From positions 95,066 through 159,065 of the forward strand of contig JAQBUT010000003.1 in the NCBI GenBank assembly GCA_027623195.1: a stretch of 64,000 nucleotides of DNA, given 5' to 3'. Both the position numbers and the translations under genes were made by a program. Positions 39,756 to 49,980 of this stretch are shown in pieces; position 1 is the stretch's first letter, and each line of letters starts with the position of its first letter. A model generated the notes under the pieces. The model searched no databases. It saw only the letters and a list, made by a program, of their open reading frames with translations, and was not told where the DNA came from. Source of the stretch: Chloroflexota bacterium. GTDB taxonomy: Bacteria; Chloroflexota; Dehalococcoidia; Lucifugimonadales; JADFKI01.

Positions 39756-41128
39756 TAGGCAAAGATCCCCTGACCAGGTGTTGCTCCTACCTGCGGATCG
39801 CCGTCGCGCACCACGAAGTGGCCTCCGACCAGTACGTGTTGCATACCAACGGGAGGTAGGGTTGGCTGTTCGTATGTGGAACGATCTATCACCGTGGCCG
39901 GGTCGAATATCGTGATGTCTGCATCCGAGCCAACTTTTAATCGTCCCTTGTTCTTGAAGGCCTTGGCGCGACCCTCCAGGCGTTTTGCCGGCATTATTGT
40001 CATCTTGGCGAGTGCGTCCTTTAGGCTCAACAGCTTTCTTTCGCGAACGTAACGCCCCAGAACCAGCGAGTACGAACCGGCCGTTCTTGGGTGGCCCTTG
40101 CCGCCATTCATGATGCCATCCGTGGCAATTATGGTTAGGGGATTCGTTACGGCGATGTCCACATCGTCCTGCGGAGTGGAGTGGGCGATGATCCAGCCAC
40201 CCTCCTCCCTGTACTGGGCGAACGTCGACGCCGTCAGGAACTCCCCTGTGTCTGGCCGCTGCAGGTTCTCGTAGCCGATGCCATAGTGCTCCTGCCAGCC
40301 CTCGTCGAAAAGGGCCGACTCAATCCTGGTCATGCCCGCAGTGTATGGGTAGCACTCGGTGGTGACGTCCAGGCCGCGCTGGCGTGCGCCGTCGATCATA
40401 TGAAGCACCTGGGAGGTAGCTCGCATGCCGGTGCTCTGGACGTGGACTACGTGCAGCGGAGCCCCGGTCACCGCAGCTGCCGCCAAAACTTCTTGGAAGG
40501 CTTCGATGGCGCCGCCGGGCTCCATGTGGCCTTTGCCTCGCAGGTGAACATGGCAAGACGCGCCGTGGTCTGCCGCCACCTGGAACATCTCCACTATCTC
40601 CCAGCGGGATGCGGCGCGGGTGTAGTCGATGCCGAAGCCCATGGCCAATGCGCCCTTTTTAAGGCCGTCCGTCAACAGGCTTTTCATCTGCGCTATCTCG
40701 TCGCCGGTAGCTTGGCGGTGTGCCGCATCGGCTGAAGGCAGAAAGGTGCCGGGGTCGTTCATGACTTTCATGCGCACCGGGATGTGTCCCGCGCTAGCGC
40801 CGAAATTTATGGCGGCGTTGCCGTTGCGCTCCCCGTACCATGCGTCGAAATCAGCGATGCCGACCTCTAGTTCCAGGGCGGTGGTAACGCCATCCCGAGC
40901 CTGCATCTCGTAGTTCTCCACGTCCTGACCGTGCGAGTGCAGATCTATGAATCCGGGCGAGACAACTAGTCCATTTGCGTCCACCGTGTCTCTGCCCTGT
41001 AGCGGGGATTCGGTGATGGCCTGTATGCCGCCGCCGGAAATGCCGACGTTGCGCACCGCGTCCAGACCGGATTCAGGGTCGATAACTCGGCCGTTCGCTA
41101 TTACCAGTTCGTACATATCGCTAGTCAT
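39755..41128 (-). CDS. Amidohydrolase (N-acyl-D-amino acid deacylase-like)
   Basis: PGFIDLHSH, GHPRTAG, DADITIFDP motifs. Confidence 0.88.
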   Translation of the reverse strand: MTSDMYELVIANGRVIDPESGLDAVRNVGISGGGIQAITESPLQGRDTVDANGLVVSPGFIDLHSHGQDVENYEMQARDGVTTALELEVGIADFDAWYGERNGNAAINFGASAGHIPVRMKVMNDPGTFLPSADAAHRQATGDEIAQMKSLLTDGLKKGALAMGFGIDYTRAASRWEIVEMFQVAADHGASCHVHLRGKGHMEPGGAIEAFQEVLAAAAVTGAPLHVVHVQSTGMRATSQVLHMIDGARQRGLDVTTECYPYTAGMTRIESALFDEGWQEHYGIGYENLQRPDTGEFLTASTFAQYREEGGWIIAHSTPQDDVDIAVTNPLTIIATDGIMNGGKGHPRTAGSYSLVLGRYVRERKLLSLKDALAKMTIMPAKRLEGRAKAFKNKGRLKVGSDADITIFDPATVIDRSTYEQPTLPPVGMQHVLVGGHFVVRDGDPQVGATPGQGIFA

Positions 41129-41145
41129 TTATTTAAGTCCTCGAA

Positions 41146-41631
41146 TTACCCGGTCCCTGCGACGTTGGTGCTCTCGTTTTCCAGTTCGCCGACCAGGGTA
41201 GCTACCTGGTTTTCGATGGCCGCCAAGGCTTCAGAAGATTTCATATCGTCTGTGTCGCCGACATTCCAATAGAGCGTGTTGGATACGAATCTGGGGAAGA
41301 CCTTTCGCATCAGGCCGTAGTGCTCCTTGTGGGACAGGGCAACAATAATGCTGGCGCACGCCAGTTCAAAGCTCTCCGCTGGCCTGGGAAACCTGTTCTC
41401 GTGCAACGGGCTAATGCTTAGCTTCTCTAGCTGTTCCAGGACGAGGCCCGACATTGGGCCTTTATTGTTTGGGTTCAAGTTCAAGCCTGCGGAGTCTGCC
41501 TCCCAGGGTAGACTCTTGGCCGCTGCCATATGGTTGAAAAGCTCTTCTGCGAACCGGCTTCTGTAATAGTTGCCGGAGCAGAGAAAGAGCACGGTTCTCA
41601 CATTTGCGTTACTGCTTGCTTTGTCGAACAT
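41146..41631 (-). CDS. Low-molecular-weight phosphatase (LMW-PTP/ArsC fold)
   Basis: LFLCSGNYYRSRFAE (CX5R) motif. Confidence 0.85.
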   Translation of the reverse strand: MFDKASSNANVRTVLFLCSGNYYRSRFAEELFNHMAAAKSLPWEADSAGLNLNPNNKGPMSGLVLEQLEKLSISPLHENRFPRPAESFELACASIIVALSHKEHYGLMRKVFPRFVSNTLYWNVGDTDDMKSSEALAAIENQVATLVGELENESTNVAGTG

Positions 41632-41639
41632 CTAAAGGC

Positions 41640-42884
41640 CTAGTCCGGCTTCTGTCCAAAGTTTACAGTCAGAATATCCAGGTCCCGCACCGTGACGAAT
41701 GGAACGTAGCCCTTGGCTCGGGATTTTGCATATGCCTCGTCCACCTTGCTCCTGGTGGTCGCATAATCCGTCGTCAGGACTATCTTGCCCGCATCCCGAA
41801 ACAGATCCAGGTAAGTCTCCAACTCCTGCGTCGCGTCTCTCGGTGTTCGCTGGTCGTCATCTTCGTATCCGAAGTAGATGTCTTCCTGACCTATGCCGTC
41901 AACCACCCTGAGATAGCTTGATATCATGTCAGCCAGCTCCGGAGAATTTTGGGGTACGACGAGAAAATCTGGGTCCTGCGATCTGGCATATCCTGCTATC
42001 GCCGCGACGAAATCCGCCATGTCTTGAGGGGCGGTATCTCGACCACGCTCGGCATGATACTCGTATGCATCTATGATGTCCAGATAAACGCCGTCGAATC
42101 CTGCTGCCAACAATCTGTCCAAATATGTGAAAACAACGGCCTGCCATTCGGCGTTCCAGTAACGCACCTTGTAGTTGTTTTTCCAGTCGGGATTTGGCTT
42201 GTCCAGCCAGCTGGGGTTGCCGGTACGCCATTGTGACTGCCAGTAATATCGGTAGTTTTCCGCCTCTCCGATGCTCACGTATGCCAGGACGATCTTCTCT
42301 CCGCCGGGGCTGTGCTTCAAGTCTTCTATCTGCGTTTTGCTAAATGCTGTTTCGTCGTCGCCGTCAGCAGAGTAGTCCATGATGACCAGGTCGTACGCCG
42401 AGTTCCCCATTGCGTTGAGATCGTAGTCCTGCAACTGGTAGAGGAAGTCCGTAACCCCCGCCAACATTGCCCGTCGGGCTGCTGCTGGATTGGCTGTGGC
42501 GGTGGGCATCGGCGGCGGCGGCGCAATGGGGCTGGCCGTAGCCACTGGAGTCGCGGTGGGAACTGCGGTAGCGGACACTATGGTGGATGTCGGCGTTTGT
42601 GTTAACGCGGCCTCTTGAGTCGGCACCACTGTTGATGTGAGGCTCGGTGGCGTAGGCAGGGAAGTGGGCTGCGAACTTGGCCCCGTAGTGTGAGTCGCCG
42701 CCGATCCGGCAGTGGGCGTCCGCTCTATCAACGGAAGGGCCGGTGGAGTGGCGATGATTCTCGCGTTGGCTGCAGGCGAGGGTACGGCTCCACGTTCCTC
42801 TGTAGAACTTGAGTCTCCGCAGGACGAAAATGTAATTGCGACAGCCAGAGACAGCCCTAGGATGCGCGCCCGATACGTCCTCAA
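41640..42884 (-). CDS. Lipoprotein with TM1410/MJ1477-type (GH114-like) glycoside hydrolase domain
   Basis: Lipobox FSSC, PT linker, AYVSIGEAENYRYYW, GFDGVYLDIIDAY, PQN motifs. Confidence 0.85.
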   Translation of the reverse strand: MRTYRARILGLSLAVAITFSSCGDSSSTEERGAVPSPAANARIIATPPALPLIERTPTAGSAATHTTGPSSQPTSLPTPPSLTSTVVPTQEAALTQTPTSTIVSATAVPTATPVATASPIAPPPPMPTATANPAAARRAMLAGVTDFLYQLQDYDLNAMGNSAYDLVIMDYSADGDDETAFSKTQIEDLKHSPGGEKIVLAYVSIGEAENYRYYWQSQWRTGNPSWLDKPNPDWKNNYKVRYWNAEWQAVVFTYLDRLLAAGFDGVYLDIIDAYEYHAERGRDTAPQDMADFVAAIAGYARSQDPDFLVVPQNSPELADMISSYLRVVDGIGQEDIYFGYEDDDQRTPRDATQELETYLDLFRDAGKIVLTTDYATTRSKVDEAYAKSRAKGYVPFVTVRDLDILTVNFGQKPD

Positions 42885-42886
42885 GG

Positions 42887-44290
42887 CTAAGGCATGACCG
42901 CTTTGGGATGCCGCATGTGCCAGTCCTTCCGTATCTGGTATGCCCTGGCCACGGCTATAACCTTGTTCTCGTCGTAAGCTCGCCCCATGAACTGAATGCC
43001 TGTGGGTAGCCCGCTCCGGGAAAAGCCGCTGGGCACGGATATGGCAGGCAGCCCCGCACTGTTTCCAACAGCGCCCATGGTGTCCCGGGCAGAGCCAAGT
43101 ATTACAGTACGGAAGTCTTGATCGATGCGGGTTGCAGGCGTAGCACGGGTTGGCGCAACGACGGCGTCGTACGGTGCCATCAACTCGTCGGCTACTCTGG
43201 CTATCTTGCCACGAATGCGCAGTGCTTTAATGTAATCCTGGGCCGAAATGGCGGTCCTCGCGTATGGGTGGCGGTCCTCTGGCGCAGTCAAAGATTGCGG
43301 ACCGCCGTCGTCAAAGAAGTCCTCGAAAGCGCTGGCGGACTCGGCGCTGAGGATGGTGCGCGTCACAGTCTCGTAAGGCAGGTCGGGAAACTCGATCTCC
43401 TGGATATCGGCGAATTCTTTAAGTACGCCTAAGACGGCCTCCGTGTTAGCGCGCACGTCTTCATCCAGGTCGTCCAACGCTCCCTTGAGAATGGCCAGCC
43501 GAAACCGCCTGCTGGAGACGTCCGTATCGTCGTAGCGGAATTCCCTGTCGGTTGTCGTCTGGTCATCGGGGTCCGGTCCGGCGATGGCCTCCAGCACCAG
43601 GCCGCAGTCGTCGGCGGTGAGGCATAGCGGCCCCAGCTTGTCCAGCGTCCAGGACAGCGCCATCGCCCCGTGCCGACTGACCCTTCCATAGGTCGGGCGA
43701 AGGCCTGCCAGACCGCAGTTATTGGCCGGCGAAAGTATTGAGCCCCACGTCTCAGAGCCGATGGCGAACGGGACAAGCCCTGCCGCTACTGCTGCACCAG
43801 AGCCGTTGGACGAGCCGCCCGTCCAGGTGTAGCGGTCCCAGGGATTGCGGCCTGGGCCTGTAAACGAAGCGTTGGGCTGGCGATAGCCCATGCCGCCCGC
43901 CAGTTCCACCATGGCCAGCTTGGCGCACAGCACAGCCCCGGCATCCTCCAGCTTTCGGACCACCGTGGCATCGTATTCGAAAACCCGGTTGCGAAAGGGC
44001 GCGGCCCCCCATGTGGTGGGTAGGCCAGCCACTGCCAGCAGGTCCTTGCCGCCGAAGGGGATGCCATGCAGCATGCCCAGCGAATGACCAGACGCCATTT
44101 GCTGCTCCGCCCGCTTGGCCTGCTCCAACGCCCGCTCGCGGGTTACTGTCACGACGGCGTTGTAGTCTGGCCCGATGCGCTCCAACCTGTCCAGAAACAC
44201 TTCGGATAGCTCCAGGGGAGAGACCTGCCGCGCCTGGACAAGTTCTGAAAGCTCGCGGACTGACTTGAAGACGACCTCAGCAGCCTTCAC
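42887..44290 (-). CDS. Amidase signature family (GatA/AtzE-like)
   Basis: GIPFGGKD, GGSSNGSG, IGSETWGSILSPA motifs. Confidence 0.92.
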   Translation of the reverse strand: MKAAEVVFKSVRELSELVQARQVSPLELSEVFLDRLERIGPDYNAVVTVTRERALEQAKRAEQQMASGHSLGMLHGIPFGGKDLLAVAGLPTTWGAAPFRNRVFEYDATVVRKLEDAGAVLCAKLAMVELAGGMGYRQPNASFTGPGRNPWDRYTWTGGSSNGSGAAVAAGLVPFAIGSETWGSILSPANNCGLAGLRPTYGRVSRHGAMALSWTLDKLGPLCLTADDCGLVLEAIAGPDPDDQTTTDREFRYDDTDVSSRRFRLAILKGALDDLDEDVRANTEAVLGVLKEFADIQEIEFPDLPYETVTRTILSAESASAFEDFFDDGGPQSLTAPEDRHPYARTAISAQDYIKALRIRGKIARVADELMAPYDAVVAPTRATPATRIDQDFRTVILGSARDTMGAVGNSAGLPAISVPSGFSRSGLPTGIQFMGRAYDENKVIAVARAYQIRKDWHMRHPKAVMP

Positions 44291-44292
44291 GG

Positions 44293-44505
44293 CTAATCGT
44301 CCCCGCGATAGGGCTTGAATATGAAGAACGGCTCGTCGCCGTTATCTAGCTTCACGGAGCGCAACTCCTCAGATGCGGCGGCGACTGCCTCGACGCCTGC
44401 GCGGACCTCTGCAAGCTGGTCTTTGTTGAGGTGGTCACCGTACCTCAGGCGAACCGTCTCAAGCAGGGAATCAACTTTATCTGGGTCAGGTTGGGATTCG
44501 CTCAT
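44293..44505 (-). CDS. Small protein, probable GatC/AtzG-like partner of the amidase
   Basis: 70 aa, GGAGG RBS, directly upstream of the amidase; helical region then 'L.NGDEP.F.F.P' tail. Confidence 0.6.
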   Translation of the reverse strand: MSESQPDPDKVDSLLETVRLRYGDHLNKDQLAEVRAGVEAVAAASEELRSVKLDNGDEPFFIFKPYRGDD

Positions 44506-44591
44506 GTGTGGCCTCCAATGGGACTGTGGGTATGGTATGACCGGCGTAAGCCGCTGTCCAGCCCGCGCCTACAACAGAGGCTCGAAGGTTG

Positions 44592-46079
44592 TTACGGGGC
44601 GTACAGCTCGGTGTCAGTGTGGAAGGTGTGCCAGGCGAACCAGAACGAAACGTTTGTAGGTAAGGCTGGGCGGGTGTCCGTGAGGTCTGACGCCTTCACC
44701 AGCGCATCCGGTGTCACGAGCCACTTCCCACCAACCTCGTCCTGCAGCGCCTCAGGGAACTCGTCCGCTACGTCGACGGGCAGCGAGAACTCCGTGCCTT
44801 GGGTCTGGTATGCGCGTGCCTTTGACGACGTGGACGACCCCAATACGACCAGCGGCGTATCGTTGACAAGGTCATGCACCAGTCGCCTCTCCTGTATCAC
44901 GGATATGGGGTAGGCCTTGTGCTTGCCGTCTATTGTCAGGCCCAGAACTTCGTCCTTCGATCTTAGTCTCTCGTCGGTGTCCAGAATCGGGAAAATTGGC
45001 TCAGGATTGGCCCTGTATTCGTAGTAGATGGACCTCTCGTCGTCCTCAGGCTGGTACTGCGACTCCGAGTAGTACCCGGTGTCGAGTGATAGAACCTGCG
45101 TGTCGGGATGCTCCTGAAGCCACTCGCCCCACGTCGTCAGGGCCACAGGGAATATCTCCAGCTTCACGTCGAGGCCCACCAGCGGACCTACTATGGGCTT
45201 CCCAAGAAACTGGTTCCAAAGGCCGTTCGTGTCTCGGTCGTACATGACCTTATTGCTGCGGTACAGCAGGCCCGAGGTGCCGAAGCGGGTAGGCTTGCCG
45301 TTTATCTTGGCGGAATACACGATTCCGGTGCCACACAGCGTTCACCACGAGAGCGATATTGGTTCGCCCCCCACGGTGTCGTTGACCATCTCGTGGGCGT
45401 TGACGATGCGCAGAGGGTATGCCCGGGTGTCGCCGTTTATGGACAGTCCAAACACCCGGTCGTCGAAGCCCAAATAGTCGGCCTCCTGGGCGGGGATCAT
45501 CTTGGGATCGCGAATGTCCGGTATGCCGTCGGGCCTAACGCCGCCCCACGTAAGTTCCGTCGGGTTAACGTTGATCTGGCCTTGCTTCGCCGGGCGCAGG
45601 AACAGGGCGAATCTGGGATCTATCTGGGACATGAAGTCGATTTTCCAGTCGAGGTAGTCAGACGGTGGGGGGTAGGCCTCATGGTTCTCTGCCAACCAAT
45701 TAGACCACTCCAGCCACGGCGAACCACTAAAGGTCAGCCCGGTGAGGCTAGAGAGCGTTTCCACAGTCGCATTTCGGGCCCGTTCCGAGCTCTGGAAGCG
45801 CATGGACTCCACCAGGACGGGCACCATTGACTTATCTCCCTGGTCGCGCACCTCGTCCAATGCCGTGAAGGTGTCTGCGCTGGTCAAGCCGAATCCGGGG
45901 AAGACCTTATACATCTGGCTGTTGGAATCGTAAACGGATACGTTCGCGGATGATGCGCCGGTATCATCAGGAGCCGCGTCAGGCAGTGCAGCCGGGTCCG
46001 AACCTGTACAGGCCAACGCCAGCATTCCGACGAGGCCTGCCACCCAGACCGCAATGAGTAATCTTGACTTAATAAGCAT
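44592..46079 (-). CDS. DUF3179-domain selenoprotein lipoprotein (495 aa, UGA=Sec at 45342-45344)
   Basis: Track ORFs 45342..46079 and 44592..45320 are in one frame; readthrough gives HEMVNDTVGGEPISLSW-U-TLCGTG...FGTSGLLYRSNKVMYDRDT. Confidence 0.88.
45309..45332 (-). promoter_or_regulatory. Putative bacterial SECIS hairpin
   Basis: GGC(ACC)GGAAU-CGUGU-AUUCCGCC; apical loop starts 20 nt after the UGA with G at loop position 2. Confidence 0.65.
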
Positions 46080-46196
46080 CCAACATATCCTACCGCGTTA
46101 GATGCTACGAACGTCAGGTGGATGGAGGATTTTTTCAGTATTCGTCACATTAGGTGGACCTTCAATCGTCACTCACCACCAAGGTACCCACGAGTC

Positions 46197-46268
46197 CCGT
46201 TCGTGGTGAGCTTGTCGAACCACAGCGTCGTCAAGCGGCCCCGCCCTTCGACAAGCTCAGGGCGAACG
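46197..46268. repeat. REP-like palindromic repeat, copy B (both arms)
   Basis: CCGTTCGTGGTGAGCTTGTCGAACC ... CCCTTCGACAAGCTCAGGGCGAACG inverted arms. Confidence 0.85.
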
Positions 46269-46312
46269 AAATTCAACAAGCCGGAGTTTGCCCGTATTTC
46301 GCCAAAACCAGC

Positions 46313-47854
46313 CTACCCTGTAATAAAAGACGCCATTCGCTCCCCGATCATCATAGTTGTCACGTTCGTGTTGGCGCGAATGCAGTCCGGCATTACCGAC
46401 GCGTCCACGACTCGAAGGCCCTCCATGCCGTGCACCCGGCCATACTGGTCCACCACCGCCAGCGGGTCCGACGCCGGGCCCATTTTGCACGTGCCGGAGA
46501 TGTGCTGACCTGTGGTCGCCTCACGCATCAGCCAGTCGTCCAAGGCGTCGTCGGATGCCAGGTCCGACTCCAAGGGCTCTGTGCGAGTCTCGATGATGGC
46601 CTGGAAGTCGGGGTGCTTCACCAGTTCCAGTGCCTTGAAAACACCCTCGCGCATGCGACGTCGGTCGAACTCCTCGGCCAGGTAATTGTAGTCCAGGAAC
46701 GGCTGCTCGTTTGGGTCTGCCGACTGTAGCTTCATCTCCCCGGAACCCAGCGCCAGGTACAGCGCCACGGTTATACGGATGCCCAGCCCGTCCATGCGCA
46801 CGCCGCCGCGGTTCACCCGCTCCGTGGCAAACGAGCTCATGATGAAAATCATGTCGTTTCGAAGGTCGGAACCCTCGGCCGTATAACGCAACACGAACTG
46901 ATTTCGCGGCGCCATGCCGTCCAGAAGATGGTCGGGCTTCGTCTTCCAGGTCAGGAACACGATGGGGTGGTCGCGCAGGTTCTGGCCCACGCCAGGCAAC
47001 TCGTGCACCAGCGGGATGCCGATCTCGGCCAGGTTGTCCCGCCTGCCCACGCCGGACAGCATCAGTATGTGAGGCGAGCCAATCGCGCCTGCGCTGAGCA
47101 CAATCTCGTCGCCGTATACTTGAAAAATCTCGCCAGCGCTATCAACCTCGACGCCGATGCAGCGCTTGCCGTCGAACAGCAGGCGATGGGTTGTGCAGTT
47201 GGGCTTGATGGTCAGGTTAAGGCGGTGACGGGACATGCCTAGATAGCCTATGGCCGTGCTCCAGCGGATGCCCTGGGGGTTGTTGAAGGGCGTAGGGCTC
47301 AGGCCTTCAGATTCGGGGTGGTTCAGGTCCGGGTGCTGCTTGTGGCCCGAGGCGATGACCGCCGCCTGAAACGCTTTTTGCGACGGCAACAACTCTTCCT
47401 CTTTGAAGCGCCGTGCGATGATAGGCCCTTCGGTGCCGTGGAAGTCGTCGGAGAAGTCGGTGTCCGTCTCAAGCTGCCGGAAGTGTGGCAGCAGTTTTTC
47501 GTATGTCCACTGGTCGTTACCCATAGACGCCCAGGTGTCGTAGTCCTCGGGGACGCCGCGCAGGAACATCTGGCCGTTTATGGCGCTGGAGCCGCCGGTG
47601 ACCCTGCCTCGTGGCACCATCATGGGCTCCGCCTTGTCGGTGGCCTTGCCCCAGAACTGCCAGTTGTGGTCGCTGGTCATGACGTCGGTGGCGGTGGCGT
47701 AGCCGTGCTTGACCTCGTCGGGCAGCTCTTCGATGGTGGCGTAGTCGGGGCCCGCCTCCAGCAGCAGCACCGACCGGCTGGGGTCCTCAGATAGCCGCGT
47801 GGCCATAATCGCCCCCGCCGACCCGGCACCTATAACAATGTAGTCGTACTTCAT
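46313..47854 (-). CDS. GMC oxidoreductase (choline dehydrogenase/MftG-like), paralog 1
   Basis: [48 protein letters not shown] motifs. Confidence 0.93.
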   Translation of the reverse strand: MKYDYIVIGAGSAGAIMATRLSEDPSRSVLLLEAGPDYATIEELPDEVKHGYATATDVMTSDHNWQFWGKATDKAEPMMVPRGRVTGGSSAINGQMFLRGVPEDYDTWASMGNDQWTYEKLLPHFRQLETDTDFSDDFHGTEGPIIARRFKEEELLPSQKAFQAAVIASGHKQHPDLNHPESEGLSPTPFNNPQGIRWSTAIGYLGMSRHRLNLTIKPNCTTHRLLFDGKRCIGVEVDSAGEIFQVYGDEIVLSAGAIGSPHILMLSGVGRRDNLAEIGIPLVHELPGVGQNLRDHPIVFLTWKTKPDHLLDGMAPRNQFVLRYTAEGSDLRNDMIFIMSSFATERVNRGGVRMDGLGIRITVALYLALGSGEMKLQSADPNEQPFLDYNYLAEEFDRRRMREGVFKALELVKHPDFQAIIETRTEPLESDLASDDALDDWLMREATTGQHISGTCKMGPASDPLAVVDQYGRVHGMEGLRVVDASVMPDCIRANTNVTTMMIGERMASFITG

Positions 47855-48010
47855 TTTTTGGCTCCTGAGCGTGTTCGGTTTCGAATCGCATGCCGAGTTC
47901 TTCTGCGATTAGGACTAATGCGAGAGATGATAGCGCGGCATGGGGTGGATGGCAACGGGTGCTAGGGGCGTTGAGGGAGCATGTAACTACCTACTGGAAT
48001 ATGATGAACA

Positions 48011-49098
48011 CTATGGATTGAATCTGATCACAGTACCACGGGGATAGCTGTTTCGCCTTATCCGAGGGGAAGACACGACTGAGATTTTGTCCAATTCTTC
48101 CATCCGCTTGAGGACTTGCCTTTTGTAGTGAGTGTCCAAGAAGGGGGTGTTTACGAGAATGAATTCCTCCAGCATCTCAACTGACACATCCTTGCCCCTA
48201 AATTCAGAGATTACCTGATTTCGAAGTTGTTCGAAATCAGGTTCCGTGTCTATAAGTTGGAGTTGGTTCGGATTTGATGAATAGGCGAATCGGAAGTCAC
48301 CAGTTGGGTCAACATCCCACATAGCTTTTTTCATGCTTGAAAGGCCCTTTAGGTTGTTAGTGCAGAAGAATAAGAAATATTTTGTGCCCCCCCCGAGTCT
48401 TCCATTTCGAATGGCAGGACATATTTAGCCCCGGCATTGGTCTCTAATTGATTCTTGTAAACAGAGTGAAGGATCGATAGCCTTTCTTTCGGTGACTTGG
48501 CCTTTAAGACTTCTCGCCATTCGGTGGTGCCATATAGTTCGTCAAGATGTGGCCATTGGCTCTCGACGTCTACAAATCGATTTATGGACTGGTACATGAA
48601 GGTGATGAGGACCTCACATCCACGATATTTCATCAGCTGCGCGATGAGGTCAAAAGGAGTATTTGAATAGCCAAATGGGTCTACAAATGCGAACGTAGGC
48701 GCCAAAATCTTGTTGTCATTGCCGAGCTTTTGGAAGATTTGGGACATGACATATTTGAACTCTGAATTGATAACTTCGAATTTGAAATTCGATGGCAGGC
48801 TTTTGCTGGCCAAAAGTGCGCCAAGGTGATCTGCCCGACTTTTGTCAGATTCTACAAATAAAAATAGGACTTCGGACGTAATGTTTGCAGTATGATTGAG
48901 GGCTTCATTAATGGCAATCAATGGAGAGCCAATCTCGCCTCCCGTATATTCGCCAGGACCAGAAAATCCATCAATGTATACGACGCGGCCATTCCATCTA
49001 GACATAATTGGCAGCCACGCCTGCCAATACTTTCGGATAATGGCATGTTTCGCGAGGGTGTGTGGCTTTATCGACCATGTGGTGGAGCGAGGAGGCAT
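48011..49098 (-). pseudogene. tcmP: Three-Cys-motif partner protein TcmP, frameshifted at a G8 tract (possibly phase-variable)
   Basis: HTLAKH..I..Y..AW, YIDGFSGPG, FAFVDPFG; one extra G at 48387-48394 restores GTKYFLFFCTNNLKGLSSMKKAMW and joins ORF 48011..48334. Confidence 0.82.
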
Positions 49099-49203
49099 GA
49101 ATAATATCTCCTAGAGGATTGGGAGAACCGCTTATGCTGTCCTGTTCTGAGGGACGACCTTCTTATAGGTACCCAAAGAACGAATTATGAAAACTGGAAC
49201 CTT

Positions 49204-49932
49204 TCAATTCTTGTTAATCATGATAGTCGGCATTTCGTCCCATGTACGCCCATCAAGCTCCCTTCCACCTGACTTGCTGGTTCGCCCCCCCCATTGTTTG
49301 AAGAAAAATGGCACCTTGGAATCGATACATTCGTCTCGAATTTCTCTTATCCAGTCGCCATCTACATGTCGAGCACTCGGTCCACTTTCTCCGCCAACTA
49401 TCACCCAGTGAATATCACTGAGGAACCTCTTAATGGAAACAGGTTTGAGAAGCGGTTCTATGGAAAGAAATCTCACTTGGGCAGGTGTATTGAGAAGGCA
49501 TGGTATTCGTCGATCGGCCCAATATTGGTTTTCAACTGAAACGCCAACCCATACATTTGCTGGCCATTTAAGTTCGTTTCCCAACTTTGCAAGGCGTTCA
49601 TGCCGTTTGGTTAAAATCTGGAAGGTATGTCTCTCTGCGGTAGTCATTATGTGGAATACCTTGCCAATGAAATCCTCAGTCACTTCCTCATGGAATAGAT
49701 CGCTCATGCTGTTGACAAAGATTCTGCGTGGTGCCTTCCACGATAATGGGACGTTCAGCCTATCGTCGTGAAGAGTGATGGTTGACTTGCCCGGAAGAAA
49801 AGGTCCCCCTCTTTTGAAACGCAAAGTAATGGCCTCGGCGTAGCAGTTTGCGCATCCTGGACTAACCTTCGTGCACCCCGTCACTGGGTTCCAAGACGAG
49901 TCCGTCCATTCAATTTTCGTGGCTGCCGGCAT
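49204..49932 (-). CDS. DUF5131 (phage Gp37/Gp68-like) three-Cys-motif protein
   Basis: IEWTD.SWNPVTGCTKVSPGCANCYA, FVNSMSDLFH, WVIVGGESG, FFFKQWGG motifs. Confidence 0.93.
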   Translation of the reverse strand: MPAATKIEWTDSSWNPVTGCTKVSPGCANCYAEAITLRFKRGGPFLPGKSTITLHDDRLNVPLSWKAPRRIFVNSMSDLFHEEVTEDFIGKVFHIMTTAERHTFQILTKRHERLAKLGNELKWPANVWVGVSVENQYWADRRIPCLLNTPAQVRFLSIEPLLKPVSIKRFLSDIHWVIVGGESGPSARHVDGDWIREIRDECIDSKVPFFFKQWGGRTSKSGGRELDGRTWDEMPTIMINKN

Positions 49933-49980
49933 CTCTAAACCCCATCGGTCTGTTAAAACGAAACTCTGTGATAGTTAATT

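Noticed and set aside
46122..46729. ORFs containing PFVVSLSNH and PFDKLRAN
   Set aside because: Translations of the palindromic repeat plus antisense of GMC paralog 1
49204..49932. Prophage implied by the Gp37/Gp68 label
   Set aside because: No integrase, structural or replication genes nearby
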